IMG/VR virus record: IMGVR_UViG_3300007276_000045
Coordinates: 1 to 64,000 of that record
Strand: one strand, 5' to 3'
Length of the DNA stretch: 64,000 nucleotides
Source: a virus
Part shown: one piece after another, positions 36,466 through 47,485 of the stretch
Numbering within the stretch: position 1 is the stretch's first letter
Layout: every line of letters starts with the position of its first letter
Position numbers and translations under genes: made by a program
Notes under the pieces: model-generated
Databases searched by the model: none
What the model saw: the letters and a program-made list of their open reading frames with translations, nothing else
Told to the model about the DNA's origin: nothing

Positions 36466-39400
36466 TAATAGGAGTAAGTTCTAATATTTGTGAAAAAGCC
36501 TTTTTGTGCATTGTAGTTCTTCAATACTTCTACTGAAGTTAAGGCTCTATTATATAGCTTCATACTACCAATGAACCCATGTAGACCACTTTTTTTGCCG
36601 CCAAACTCTCCACCCATGAAGTTCATGCCTTGAGTGGTTCCAGCATAATTAGCTAAGTATGTTGCTGCGTCTGGGAAATCTATAACGTGCATACCGTCCG
36701 TGTAGCCCCCTCCGATAACCCACGGTGTCAACGCGGTCATGCCTCCAATAACTTTAGGGGTAGGCCCTTCCCACCACCAAAAGTCTCTAAATCCTAAGGC
36801 ATCTGGTGGGAATAAGGGTGCGTTAGGGGGTAGATAACTTTCAAAAGATTTTGTATAACTAAACGAATTAGAGTCCACCGTGGATGGAATATTCGGTGGA
36901 GTAGCCTCAGTAGTTCCAAAAGTGTCCGCAATGCTAGCAGTCGTTAACTCCTCACCGTTTAAGTATATGGATACTTGATCCATGCCATAGTCAATAGTAA
37001 TGGCCGTATGAACAAATGCGGTGCTACAGTCATTAAACTTATGACCTCCTGTAGTTGCGCTAGAAGTGTCAACCCTAATACCGAAGTACCCACTAGGAGG
37101 AACCTCATCTTGGATGCAATACCCAGAAGATCCTGATGCTGTTAGGAAAGTAACTGCGCTAGTATTGACTGACTGCGTAGGACTCATATGAAACACTAAT
37201 CCTGCGTTAAGATCATTATCTGCTGGGAGGTTTGATGGAGGCAAGTTCTTAGTTAATCTACGGTCTCTACTAAACCCAATAAGAAGCCCTTTGACAGCAT
37301 TGCTATTTGGGGGTGCTCCTGCCGCATCTCCAGTTGTGGCTCCACCCCTATTCTCACATCCTAAAATAACTCTATGGATAGATGATAAGCTACTATCAGC
37401 ATTCCAACCCGGATCATTCGGATTCGCTAGGTCTGGGACATGTGTCCAGAAATCAAAGGATGCTCCTGTTTGTCTGTATAAAAGGCTATCAATATTGTCA
37501 AAGCCTTCTTGTAGGCTAGCATACCCATACGGGCGATATGCTGAATGCAGATACTGGGTGTTGTTTGTTCTAGAAGAGGCTTTGCTATTCCCGTCCCCAT
37601 CAACACCTGAGAAGAAGTTACACACTCCTCTAAAGTAAGGCACACCGATCCCTGACGGGAAAACGCTATCTATTGAAGAAGCTACTATCTGAGCAGGTGC
37701 CTCAAATGTAGACGAGGTAGCACAGTTAATGGACAAATACTTGTCGGAGTCTGGTAGAACTAGGTCTGCGTCTAAGAAGTTATAAACCGCAGCAAGACCG
37801 TCTGTTGATATCATATCGGTTAATGAGAGGACGGTTCCACTAGTGCCCGATGCTCCGGGATCAGAGGTAATAATTTGTCCAACTCCAACCTCAGGAACTA
37901 TAAGATCTTTAGCAGTAAACTCGTCTTGAGGAACTTCACTCTTAATAAACTCAGGGCAAAGGGGCAACACTACACCAGAAACCTCTGCTGGGTTAAATAA
38001 TAGATTCTGCTGCTTAGATTGCTCTACTGCGATAAGACCCGCATCTAGATTTTGGAAGTTGTTGATAGGGATCTCTCCCAAAACAGCAGGCTGTTCGGCT
38101 GGTGCTAGCAGAACATGCACTTCAATCTGCTTCTTGCGTCTTTTGATTTTGTTGTCGTGATCTGCAATCTTAGAGAACATGACTTGTCTTTGGTTACTAA
38201 GGACCGCACTGTCTTCAGTATACCCTGAAGATTTCAACTCCCCAACATAAGCGGATAGATCATAAAGTTCTCGGTTTCTATTATCAATTAGAACCTGTAA
38301 GAAATGATCGGTGTCGTAGTATTGTTGAATCTGAGGATCTTCATTAATATAATCCAAATCAAACGCTGTGTTAGCCCACTTGTTAAATGTGTGCCAACTT
38401 ACGATCTCACCCTTACCTCCAATATTAGGATTGTATGCGTGTAAATACTTTAGTGCCTCAGGAGGAACTCCTGTTCCTGCTCTCGGATTCCCAGATGCAT
38501 CGTAGTAAATAGCACTTACAATGTTGGTTATACATCCAGAGTAGTTTAATCCTCCACCATAAGAATCATAATAAATCCCTGTACGCGAGAACAAGAACTG
38601 GCCCTGATTGGAGACAGGAGGCTCCATCCCACTTACATTAATTACATCTACAAACGGGTTAAACCCATCATCGCTAGGGATGATAGGGTTGCCTTGGGCA
38701 TCTGTCTCGCAGTCGATTAGTTTAAACGAGGTAAGCCCTGAGAGCGCGTCTCCCAGCGTTTTGCTAGGGTCGTTAGGGTCAGGCATGTTGTTCCAGAACA
38801 CAGGCTCAGGGTTGTTCTCAGGGTCTGCCTGACGCGCTTGTTTAATCTCTCGGATGGACTGTAGCTGCTTATCTGCACCAGCCACGAAACCAGCGGCTTG
38901 CTCTAAAGTTTCTTTATTATCGTCGTAAACTTGGCTTGCTGCTTCTAGTGCTGGGGGAGGTGGGTCGAATGCAATCTCTTCTCCCGTTACGGGATCAATA
39001 GCCGTAAAGCCCACCATCTTATCTGCGATTGCAGATGGGCCTTTTTGCAATGCGCTATAGGATTTAAATTGGTCTAAACAATTCTTAACACTATCAATCT
39101 GGTTCCCGATGTTTTGCCCAATTACAACAGCTTGTGCTCCAAACCCTAGGATAGTCCCTAGACCTTGGAGATCATTAAGCCCCTGTAAGGCGTTTTGCTC
39201 AATACCTTTATTGGAAGAACTTGAAACAAAAACAAACCTTCCAAGAGTAGTATCATACTCTACGATACCCGTATCAAGGAATACCGAACGCATAACATCT
39301 TTGAATACGGAATCGGCTAATGCCTTACCTTCATTAATGCCTTTCGACATATCGTTTAGGATAGGTGATGGGAAGGCTTGAAGAACCTCCTTTGTAAAAT

Positions 39401-39506
39401 CCAACATACATTGAGGAACTCCGAACTGTGCCCCTAAGGCACCCAGAACGGGTTGATCAGATGTGGTAATAATACCTGCTGCTTTTGTGAAATCAAATGT
39501 TGCCAT
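36465..39506 (-). CDS. Virion protein with a C-terminal LamG / ConA-like domain
   Basis: SFDFWTH, FVHTAITID...IYLNG, WVIGGG, GFIGSMKLYNRALTSVEVLKNYNA. Confidence 0.75.
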   Translation of the reverse strand: MATFDFTKAAGIITTSDQPVLGALGAQFGVPQCMLDFTKEVLQAFPSPILNDMSKGINEGKALADSVFKDVMRSVFLDTGIVEYDTTLGRFVFVSSSSNKGIEQNALQGLNDLQGLGTILGFGAQAVVIGQNIGNQIDSVKNCLDQFKSYSALQKGPSAIADKMVGFTAIDPVTGEEIAFDPPPPALEAASQVYDDNKETLEQAAGFVAGADKQLQSIREIKQARQADPENNPEPVFWNNMPDPNDPSKTLGDALSGLTSFKLIDCETDAQGNPIIPSDDGFNPFVDVINVSGMEPPVSNQGQFLFSRTGIYYDSYGGGLNYSGCITNIVSAIYYDASGNPRAGTGVPPEALKYLHAYNPNIGGKGEIVSWHTFNKWANTAFDLDYINEDPQIQQYYDTDHFLQVLIDNRNRELYDLSAYVGELKSSGYTEDSAVLSNQRQVMFSKIADHDNKIKRRKKQIEVHVLLAPAEQPAVLGEIPINNFQNLDAGLIAVEQSKQQNLLFNPAEVSGVVLPLCPEFIKSEVPQDEFTAKDLIVPEVGVGQIITSDPGASGTSGTVLSLTDMISTDGLAAVYNFLDADLVLPDSDKYLSINCATSSTFEAPAQIVASSIDSVFPSGIGVPYFRGVCNFFSGVDGDGNSKASSRTNNTQYLHSAYRPYGYASLQEGFDNIDSLLYRQTGASFDFWTHVPDLANPNDPGWNADSSLSSIHRVILGCENRGGATTGDAAGAPPNSNAVKGLLIGFSRDRRLTKNLPPSNLPADNDLNAGLVFHMSPTQSVNTSAVTFLTASGSSGYCIQDEVPPSGYFGIRVDTSSATTGGHKFNDCSTAFVHTAITIDYGMDQVSIYLNGEELTTASIADTFGTTEATPPNIPSTVDSNSFSYTKSFESYLPPNAPLFPPDALGFRDFWWWEGPTPKVIGGMTALTPWVIGGGYTDGMHVIDFPDAATYLANYAGTTQGMNFMGGEFGGKKSGLHGFIGSMKLYNRALTSVEVLKNYNAQKGFFTNIRTYSY

Positions 39507-40726
39507 TATGCTGTGTATGGTCCTCCACCAAGACTGTCGTTGATTCTAACCTGAGGTCCACCATCAATGGTAACCACTCCTCCGTTAATGTCAACTGCGC
39601 TCTGTCCATTAATTTGTACTTCTGGGCTGTTAATCTCCACCTTCGTATCGCTCTGTAGTGTAAGCTTTCCAGCGGCAACAACGTCAACGCTGCCCCCACC
39701 ATCAATTATGATTCTAGAGTTTTGTCCCGGAGTATTTATATAGATCACTGAGTCATCTTCTTTTGCTTCGAGAGAAATGTTGTTATGATGACTCACCAAT
39801 TGAATGCACCCAGTGGTCTGATTTCCAAAGACCCCTTGGCGACTAGCCTTATACCCGCCTACTCCCGGATCTCCAAGCTTGGTATGCTTCTGGGCACCAT
39901 ACTCTTTAGACCCTGTAGACTTGTTTTCGATCTGCATATTCAAACCATCTTCTACCCAAATATGAAATCTGTTAAATAGGGTGTACATATTAACAGGACC
40001 GTGAGTACGCATATGGTATTCCCCCTCTGCAAAGGGGCTTTCTGGGCTAAGGCCAGTGCTCCAAATGAAGAAGTCCTTACCCCTGTGCTCGTTTGTCATT
40101 ACAATACCGTCAACGACTGGGGAGTCAACAGCTTGAATACGTTTACCATTTCCACTCATGATACCAATGGCATAATCTTGGAATGGGTCGGCAGATTCAG
40201 AAGTTGAGTTGTACCTATCGGTAATCTGGAAAGCGTCACCTCGGTGGTTAGTAAAGCCTAGCTGCTCAGGGATTACACCCTTTCCATCATACATTCCTTT
40301 GAATCTTTCAGGAATCCAACCTAGGTTTTCTTTAGTGGAGACTGCTACCTGATCTTCTGCTAATCCCGGACCATGCTGTCCCGGTTTGTTTTTTGGCACA
40401 TACTCAGTGCTGGGCGTGGCTTTCTTATTTGCAAAATTTCTATCTTGTTGGTTGTTCCCCTCAATAGCTCCCATAACAGAACCCAGATAAAAGTAACCCT
40501 TAAAGTTATCTCCATCTAATGCTGCGTTTGGTTCATACCCTACCAAAACTTGAGCACCTACAGGTGGTAAAAAGAACGCACCTTCCTTGGAGTTTCCGTA
40601 AGGAGACACATACCTGACATTCTCCACAATAGCTCTACCCTCTTCAACGGGTCCAAACGAGACCTTAAATAGACCTGTTCTGGAGATGTCTGCTTTTGAT
40701 TTTACTGTTCCAATTTTAAGATCCAT
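39506..40726 (-). CDS. Baseplate spike protein (gp5 / VgrG-like OB fold and beta-helix; no lysozyme domain seen)
   Basis: D..RTGLFKV, YVSPYG, LPPVGAQVLV, FYLG; C-terminal repetitive beta strands. Confidence 0.7.
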   Translation of the reverse strand: MDLKIGTVKSKADISRTGLFKVSFGPVEEGRAIVENVRYVSPYGNSKEGAFFLPPVGAQVLVGYEPNAALDGDNFKGYFYLGSVMGAIEGNNQQDRNFANKKATPSTEYVPKNKPGQHGPGLAEDQVAVSTKENLGWIPERFKGMYDGKGVIPEQLGFTNHRGDAFQITDRYNSTSESADPFQDYAIGIMSGNGKRIQAVDSPVVDGIVMTNEHRGKDFFIWSTGLSPESPFAEGEYHMRTHGPVNMYTLFNRFHIWVEDGLNMQIENKSTGSKEYGAQKHTKLGDPGVGGYKASRQGVFGNQTTGCIQLVSHHNNISLEAKEDDSVIYINTPGQNSRIIIDGGGSVDVVAAGKLTLQSDTKVEINSPEVQINGQSAVDINGGVVTIDGGPQVRINDSLGGGPYTA

Positions 40727-43470
40727 CAGTCATCCTCATTGGGTTTCGCAAGCCCCTTGTTTCCGGGTCTTGATAGGTAGAAAGTAGATTTAGCAGACTG
40801 CGCTGAAATTGAATGCTTAAACCCAATCATATTATAGATGCCACTAAACCAAGTAGTATTGCCTTTATAGCTTTCTTGGGGATTATTTGGGATAGTAATT
40901 CTAGGTTCCACACAGTGAACAACACACGCCTTATTTAACACTCTTCGATCTGTGGATAAGGCAAACATAGGCAAAGTGCTAATGTTTCCATTCAAAGCCA
41001 TCTGGTTAATATTTTGTGTTACACGAACACTATTTGCAATCGCTGCCTTACTGGGATTCTTTGAAGGAGTAACCTGCTCCATGGTGGGCTTAGAAGCTTT
41101 GTATAATTGAGAAAATGCTTCCCACATAAATTTCATGAACTTTTGTTTACCATCCAAACCGCCGAACCAGTCACTTGAGAAAGACTTGTCAGACATGTTC
41201 TGATACTTATCGGAGTCTAATTGATCGAAAACCTCTTGCCACTGCTCGAAGTTTTGGATATCATCTCCACTGAGGTAATCGTGGTCGTAGTAATTTTCCA
41301 TCAACTTTTCAAAACCCCTAGGCACTTTTGTCTCAGGGTCAACGTCAGTCAGATCTAAAGTTGCAATGCCCTTAAATATGCGTGCAGCCTCGGCTTCAAA
41401 GCCAGCAGGGATCATACCTGCTACGCCTCCAAAAGCCTGCCTTCCAATCGGGCTTGAGGAGTTCATTGCTGCAATATACTGATTGTCTAAATTAAAATTA
41501 ACAGATAAGATATTTGGGTTCTTATTTCCAAAGCTAAACAATGGCATTCGAGAAGCTAGTAAAGGATTAGCTTTTTTCGCATCCTTGGAAGCGTTCTGTA
41601 AGTTTGTATCTGCTGGGAAGGTAGCGTCTAATTCGTTACTACCATTGTACTGTTTTCCAAAGGGGCCAATCCAACTAGTAGGAACAAAGTAATCGAACAC
41701 ATCTTTAGCAAACTCTGAATTAAGACCTCGTAGCTGATCCAATCGGTGAACGTAGTCGGTTAGTTTCTCATCAACGTAGGCTAATAGGTCACCTGTGTCT
41801 GCAAAAGAAGCATCCTTTATAGTTTGCTCCTCTGCATCTGCGTCTTGTGCCTTTGCTCTAGCCTTAGCAGTTGTTTCATAAACTCTACCATATAAAACTT
41901 GATCTACAATGTTTCTTTCGCCCCATAGAAGAACAGGCTGTCTATTATTAGTAATTAGACCTTTTTCAAATAAAATCTGAATAAGGTTGAAGTCGGTAAT
42001 AACATTAACCTGATTCATAAACTGAGTGGGGATGGCTTTATCGTCTGGAGCGTATTCAGCCATCTTGTTTGCGATGGCCTTACCTACCTCACTTAGAGTC
42101 TGTAGGAAGGTCTTCTTAGGAATTTCAGTTTGTAGAACTGCTCTGTAGTGATTCTTAGCAAACCAATCTGTTACCTTATCAGCAGATCCACACTCCTCAA
42201 TATACTCAAAAACATTCTCTCCGATAGCTCCTGTGAAGTTAGAATCTGATCCCGTATCAACCTCACACATACCTAATCCTATACCCTCCAAACACTTGGA
42301 ATATCCTAGCACATCATCCGCTAAATCTTTCCAACTGCCGGGATTGGGGGCACCGAAGTCCGTCATCCCTAAAGTAAGAACCTCCCCTACGGAGGCGTAT
42401 ACACTATCTTGCATCTCAGCGTAATACCCCTGCAAATAGAAGTCTAAGTCTGGCATGAAGACCAAGACGTTTTCAGATTTATTAGTCGCTGATCTAATGA
42501 AATTTTCTATAGCTCCAACTACGGCCCAGTGAAGGCTAGGCTTAAAAGAATTACCGTCCCCATCGAAACTTAACCCCTCCTCAACTTCACTCCTCTCCGA
42601 AGCTTGAATTTGGTAGGTTTTTACAAACTCATCTGCCTCCTTCTTAAACCCTTCCTCACTGAATAGTCTAAATTTTGAAACACCCTTACATAGTAATCCT
42701 TTATTAAAGTTAATACCAAGAGGACTAACTCCGAGTTGGGTCAAGTTAGGATGAATACTTTTTCCAGTAAAGTGCATAGTTAAAGTTCTAACACCATCGC
42801 CTGTAAACCCATAATCAATTCTAAGAATTTTTCCGAAGCACTGCACAGGTGCCCAGTCCTGCAAGTTGCTCCCTATACCATAGGTGATATACACCTGCCT
42901 TTGCATCTTACCCGTATAAGCTTTTAATTGATCTTTAATAGATTGATTTTTATCATCATCATCTAATACAGAAGTATTTGCAATCTCTGTTTCTATTGCA
43001 TCAAGCTTATCTTCAAGTTTTGTGCGTTCCTGTTTGAGATCCTCAAGATTCTTCTTTGGACCAATATAGTTTTTCCTTTGGGCATTTTCTTGGTCTTTCT
43101 TTAATTGAGCAAGTTCATTGTCAGCTAAAAACTTCTCAGACTCTAAAGCCTCTAGACGCTGTAGGAATGGGTCTGATTTAATATCTAACTGCATCCCCAA
43201 GCTATTGTCTAACATCTCACTCTCAAAAACACCTTGTGGGTCCATGATCTTTAGTTTCATTTGGTTATCAGAATCTCCTCCACCAAATGAATGAACCAAA
43301 TCCAGAAAGTTTGAATTCGGAGCATTAGAGAAGATCATGGTTTCTCGTTTCTTACCATCGCTCTGACTATCAATAAACTTTTTAAACGAACCAAAATCCT
43401 TAGTGTTCTGGAACGCGATCATTGCTTCAGGGTCGTAGCTAACTACGATGTTGGCAGCAGGGATATACAT
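40726..43470 (-). CDS. Putative baseplate hub protein (gp27-like position)
   Basis: Between the LysM/gp53-like and gp5-like genes; VYITYG and C-terminal FSGIYNMIGFKHSIS...STFYL typical of hub proteins. Confidence 0.55.
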   Translation of the reverse strand: MYIPAANIVVSYDPEAMIAFQNTKDFGSFKKFIDSQSDGKKRETMIFSNAPNSNFLDLVHSFGGGDSDNQMKLKIMDPQGVFESEMLDNSLGMQLDIKSDPFLQRLEALESEKFLADNELAQLKKDQENAQRKNYIGPKKNLEDLKQERTKLEDKLDAIETEIANTSVLDDDDKNQSIKDQLKAYTGKMQRQVYITYGIGSNLQDWAPVQCFGKILRIDYGFTGDGVRTLTMHFTGKSIHPNLTQLGVSPLGINFNKGLLCKGVSKFRLFSEEGFKKEADEFVKTYQIQASERSEVEEGLSFDGDGNSFKPSLHWAVVGAIENFIRSATNKSENVLVFMPDLDFYLQGYYAEMQDSVYASVGEVLTLGMTDFGAPNPGSWKDLADDVLGYSKCLEGIGLGMCEVDTGSDSNFTGAIGENVFEYIEECGSADKVTDWFAKNHYRAVLQTEIPKKTFLQTLSEVGKAIANKMAEYAPDDKAIPTQFMNQVNVITDFNLIQILFEKGLITNNRQPVLLWGERNIVDQVLYGRVYETTAKARAKAQDADAEEQTIKDASFADTGDLLAYVDEKLTDYVHRLDQLRGLNSEFAKDVFDYFVPTSWIGPFGKQYNGSNELDATFPADTNLQNASKDAKKANPLLASRMPLFSFGNKNPNILSVNFNLDNQYIAAMNSSSPIGRQAFGGVAGMIPAGFEAEAARIFKGIATLDLTDVDPETKVPRGFEKLMENYYDHDYLSGDDIQNFEQWQEVFDQLDSDKYQNMSDKSFSSDWFGGLDGKQKFMKFMWEAFSQLYKASKPTMEQVTPSKNPSKAAIANSVRVTQNINQMALNGNISTLPMFALSTDRRVLNKACVVHCVEPRITIPNNPQESYKGNTTWFSGIYNMIGFKHSISAQSAKSTFYLSRPGNKGLAKPNEDD

Positions 43471-43476
43471 GATATA

Positions 43477-43779
43477 TTATAGTGGCAGCCTAATTGCTTC
43501 ACCAGATTTCAATTGTTCGAATACATCAAAAATAGCGTTTCGTTCACAAATTACCCACCAAGAAAGAGGACTCTCTAAGAACAAGTTTGAAATCAAATCA
43601 GGTCGATGCTCGTAACCTAGTGGAATGTTTCCATTAGTGTTTCTAAAATTTCTAAGACCCTTCTCGCCTGCGAAGAAGTCCTCATACTGTGCGCTGCCTA
43701 CTGAAGTTTTTAAAACCTTTCCTTTGTGTTTAATCTCAACTTGCCCGTAAGACGATCTTGAACCTTTTTTTCTTTCCAT
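43477..43779 (-). CDS. Baseplate wedge LysM-like protein (gp53-like)
   Basis: RPDLISNLF...WWVICERN...G..IRLP. Confidence 0.75.
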   Translation of the reverse strand: MERKKGSRSSYGQVEIKHKGKVLKTSVGSAQYEDFFAGEKGLRNFRNTNGNIPLGYEHRPDLISNLFLESPLSWWVICERNAIFDVFEQLKSGEAIRLPL

Positions 43780-44651
43780 TAGTTAGACCCCTTCCAAAAT
43801 CCACCCGCAGCCAAGGGGTCTGTGGTGTGTGGTGAGTTAATAGCACTTTCCCATCCTGTTAAGTTATCTCTCTTTGTAAATACAGCAGGATCATAAGTGC
43901 TAAAATCTCCAGTCCTTATTTCCTCTAAATTGAGGCTAATTTTTACAACTCTAGGTGTAGTGGTTTCTAAGTCGTAACCTCCAGCTTCATCATAAGAAAT
44001 ATTATACGATTTACAAACACAAGGAACTTGTTGATACATCGTGCCAAAGTCTATCCTAATCAGTGGTGGGCCAAGCAAGGGATTAGTAGCTTTATTAACT
44101 ACAGAAGTTCTGAGTAGCGCAACGAAAAATAATAAAGTGTCTAATACTCTGTTTCTGTCCGTCAAAGATAAAGTATTTAGAAAAGCAGCATTTAAATCAA
44201 CCCCAAATGGCCCATCAAAATTATCATCATCTAACTGTAGCCGAACAAAAGCTTTTTCTACTGCTAGAGACAGTGATTTGTTAGGGTCACCGGGTAAAGG
44301 CTTTGAAGAAAACTTAGCGTCCTTCGTGAATAAAAGTTGCTGGGACTCCTTGCTACTGCCTGAGTACACACGAATAAACCTACTAATTCCCATTGGGTGT
44401 TGTGCTAGGTGAGGTAGTGTCATGTTGAAAGACAACTTAAACTTCCTAGAGGAAGCTCCTGTGTATGCATATAATGCGCCTGCTCGCCCTATGGGGTTAT
44501 ACTCAGCGTAGTTAGCACTTTGGGTTTCCGTGATCGTTGGGTTCTCGTAAAAAGGTAAGAAGACTGTCGTGGTTTCTCCATCTTCACTAGGGTATTCAAA
44601 GATGAGTTTATTCCTCTCAGAGAAATATCTGTTATTAAAAAAGTTACTCAT
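43779..44651 (-). CDS. Tail-tube initiator / baseplate tube-like protein (gp48/gp54-like)
   Basis: ANYAEYNPIGR...YAYTGASSRKFKLSF, GPPLIRIDFG, PCVCKSYNISY; directly after the tape measure gene. Confidence 0.7.
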   Translation of the reverse strand: MSNFFNNRYFSERNKLIFEYPSEDGETTTVFLPFYENPTITETQSANYAEYNPIGRAGALYAYTGASSRKFKLSFNMTLPHLAQHPMGISRFIRVYSGSSKESQQLLFTKDAKFSSKPLPGDPNKSLSLAVEKAFVRLQLDDDNFDGPFGVDLNAAFLNTLSLTDRNRVLDTLLFFVALLRTSVVNKATNPLLGPPLIRIDFGTMYQQVPCVCKSYNISYDEAGGYDLETTTPRVVKISLNLEEIRTGDFSTYDPAVFTKRDNLTGWESAINSPHTTDPLAAGGFWKGSN

Positions 44652-47035
44652 TAGTCTCTACCTGCTGGTTGACCTAAGGGGGATGAATTGTCCATTGTTT
44701 CCTGAACTTGCTGTACCCTTCGGTTATGGAGTCGCGTCTGCTCACCACCGTTTTCATAAATATCTACTAGGATCTCATTCATCTTCTGTTGCTCGCGAAT
44801 CTGCTCCCGCAACATCCGCGCCACTTCTCTTTGAGGTTGACGGCCATCGTCTTTGAATCGCTGTGCCTTCGCTCGGGTTTCCTCGATTTCTTTAGGGTCG
44901 GTGTATCTAGTGTCTGTGCGGTAGTCCGTCTTCATCTTTGGCTGATTTGAACCTAGCTCGGCACTTCCAGCAAAAGGCACAGAGATCTTTGGCTTCGATA
45001 CCGCCTTAGAAGCCTTAGAAGCCGCAGAAACCTTAGCTAGTTTCGTAATATCACCCGCTTTAAGTTGCCCTAATGAGGGGCCTAAGGAGGATACTGCCTC
45101 CGATAGAATGCTAAAGCTTTTCGCTAGCTCAACTAGTGCAGGAGCGTGCTTGCCTAGTTGGATAAGTTTATCAAGAGGATTATTTCCTCCCGTAAAGAAA
45201 CCTACAATACCTCCAACAAGACTTCCAACAGTTAATGCAGCGAAGCCTGCGGACAAAGCAATTAAAGAAAGTCCTAACAAAGTGATCTGTAACGGACTAA
45301 TACTACTCATCCTCTTTAGGGCTTTTGAGAACTGCTCCATTGGTGGTCCTGCTAGACTTAAAGCGTAAGCTAGGGGGATAAGTGCAACACCTAGTGCTGC
45401 GATTCCAAGGACTCCAGCAGCAAATGCTACCCCACCAACGCCCGTACCAAGTAACATACCTAAACCAAAGGCAGCGGCACTGAAGATAACTAATGCGCCA
45501 GCTAAGAGCAGGATACTACCGATCCCTACTCCCTTAACCATATTTAAAGCTTTTCCAAAACCCATTAAACCTAAGGAAAGTCCTCCAATAGCAAGAACTC
45601 CCATTAGAACTTTCGGGTTGCCAAAAGCAGCGACTCCCTTGGCTATCCCTTTAAGCACTCCACCAATGCCCTTTCCAATACCCTTACCTAAACCTTTTAC
45701 ACCTTTCCCTATTCCGGCCAAACCTTTTCCAATGCCACCGCCCATTGCGCCACCACCACTTGCTGCACCTGCCGCTCCACTCGCAGCACCTTGTGCAACT
45801 CTGGCTACGCCTCGCGCTATCACTAAGGCTTTAAAAGCAATAAATGCTGCGGTAAGAGCAACAATAGCTTTGGTGGCTGTAAGAAGGATTGGATTGTTTA
45901 GAATAACACCAGTAACCGCTGTTAGACCTTGGACAACTTTGGTCATTGCCCACTGGAGAGGAGAAAATACTGTGCTGTAAAAGTTATCTAACGTGTTGTT
46001 AAACTCTTCTTTAATTCTCTTCTCTTCTGCTACGCTCTGCAAGTACTCTCCAACACTCTTATTCTGAGCCTTCGCTTGAATCACTAACTGGTCGTATGTC
46101 TGCGCGGATTTAGCCATCGCTGGTCCGAGAGCGTCTTCTACGGCTTTGTATGCAATAGCGGGGTCTCCAGTTCCTGCGAGATAAGACTCATACATTCTAC
46201 TGGCTTCCGCTCCAGCAGCCTCAACCATTCGTAATGCATTTTTAGTAGTATCACCTTCTTTATTTAGAAGAGCATTTCGCTCATTCATTACGCCTAGCTG
46301 GCTTGCTAAAACTGCTCCCTCAGCAGATGTGAAAGCGGTCATTACATCTGCTGCCATATCACCTGCTTCTTGACCAAGAGCGGCACCTAGTCTGGCTGTA
46401 GCCTCGGCAATTTCGGGTGCGATACCGAGAATTTTGTACATGGGCATGGCTTTATCCAACCCTTTAATAGTACTCATAAGCTCATCGGTGGTCATGCCGT
46501 AGTTCTGGCTCATGGTCATGATCGTTTTCCCAAGCTTGCCTTGCTGCTCCGAGGAAATACCAACACCGAAGCCAAGCTCACCCATTTGTTTCAAAAGCTT
46601 CTTAGAATCACCGCCCGTTAACTTTGTGTATAGAGCAAGCTTATCCATTCCCTTTGAGTTAACCTCAATACCTGCTGCAAACTTCTCCCCTTGGATCTCA
46701 TACATATTTGAGAACCCAGTAAGCTTACCAGCTAAATCATTGTTTGACTGTGCCTGTCTTTCTACAATCTTATTAAGATTAAGACCCCTAGAAAGACCTT
46801 TCTTCTGGAGATCAAAAGATTGTTTAATTGCTGCCTCAACAGCCGCAGACCCCTTCTTGACGGCCCCTTCAACGCTGGGAAAACCCTTCCTAAGATTTTT
46901 AGCGGATCTGTCTAGAACGCCAAGATTCTTATCATCATTATCCTTCTTCTCTTTGTCATTTTGCTCCTGACGATCATTTTGGCGTGCTAACTCGCTCAGA
47001 ATGTCTGCCAAGATGTCTTTTGTTGAATCAGCCAT
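44651..47035 (-). CDS. Tape measure protein
   Basis: 794 aa; helical, A/G/L-rich, with hydrophobic stretches; upstream of the tube initiator and hub genes. Confidence 0.75.
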   Translation of the reverse strand: MADSTKDILADILSELARQNDRQEQNDKEKKDNDDKNLGVLDRSAKNLRKGFPSVEGAVKKGSAAVEAAIKQSFDLQKKGLSRGLNLNKIVERQAQSNNDLAGKLTGFSNMYEIQGEKFAAGIEVNSKGMDKLALYTKLTGGDSKKLLKQMGELGFGVGISSEQQGKLGKTIMTMSQNYGMTTDELMSTIKGLDKAMPMYKILGIAPEIAEATARLGAALGQEAGDMAADVMTAFTSAEGAVLASQLGVMNERNALLNKEGDTTKNALRMVEAAGAEASRMYESYLAGTGDPAIAYKAVEDALGPAMAKSAQTYDQLVIQAKAQNKSVGEYLQSVAEEKRIKEEFNNTLDNFYSTVFSPLQWAMTKVVQGLTAVTGVILNNPILLTATKAIVALTAAFIAFKALVIARGVARVAQGAASGAAGAASGGGAMGGGIGKGLAGIGKGVKGLGKGIGKGIGGVLKGIAKGVAAFGNPKVLMGVLAIGGLSLGLMGFGKALNMVKGVGIGSILLLAGALVIFSAAAFGLGMLLGTGVGGVAFAAGVLGIAALGVALIPLAYALSLAGPPMEQFSKALKRMSSISPLQITLLGLSLIALSAGFAALTVGSLVGGIVGFFTGGNNPLDKLIQLGKHAPALVELAKSFSILSEAVSSLGPSLGQLKAGDITKLAKVSAASKASKAVSKPKISVPFAGSAELGSNQPKMKTDYRTDTRYTDPKEIEETRAKAQRFKDDGRQPQREVARMLREQIREQQKMNEILVDIYENGGEQTRLHNRRVQQVQETMDNSSPLGQPAGRD

Positions 47036-47451
47036 TATTTAAGAAAAACTTTGTATATCTCTTTCATCTGTTCGAGCTTATAGGTACGATAGCTGTCGAT
47101 ACCTAGTAGCTTAATCAGACTCTTTTTAATCTTACCATAGTAAGATGCAACTCGTCTCTTCTTATATAGGTTATCTACGATAGCATTCACTACATCCTCA
47201 GAATTACCATCTAATTTAAAACAACTGACAAGTTTTCCTGATAATCCCGGAAAAACTCCATCTCCTCTTCTATTCTTAATTATAAGGATAACACGCTGGG
47301 ACTGACTACCGGGACCAACCCCTAGAAAGTATCTAAAGACTAATAAATCTCCCGGAGTTATCCTACTGGCACTAGCAGGCATAGGCTGGAGAATCTTCGG
47401 TCCTCCAACTACTCCTAAAAATTCCTTGGTTTCTTTTGAAAAACGTGGCAT
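47035..47451 (-). CDS. Basic hypothetical protein, possibly gp2-like DNA end protector
   Basis: PGDLLVFRY...YRTYK pattern reminiscent of the T4 gp2 family. Confidence 0.4.
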   Translation of the reverse strand: MPRFSKETKEFLGVVGGPKILQPMPASASRITPGDLLVFRYFLGVGPGSQSQRVILIIKNRRGDGVFPGLSGKLVSCFKLDGNSEDVVNAIVDNLYKKRRVASYYGKIKKSLIKLLGIDSYRTYKLEQMKEIYKVFLK

Positions 47452-47485
47452 AGTCCTGCTCTAATACTATAAATTATATAAGCTT

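Noticed and set aside
7672-47035. Stand-alone contractile injection system, tailocin or T6SS (sheath, tube, baseplate, PAAR)
   Set aside because: Capsid, portal, terminase, protease and neck genes are co-encoded, so this is a phage tail
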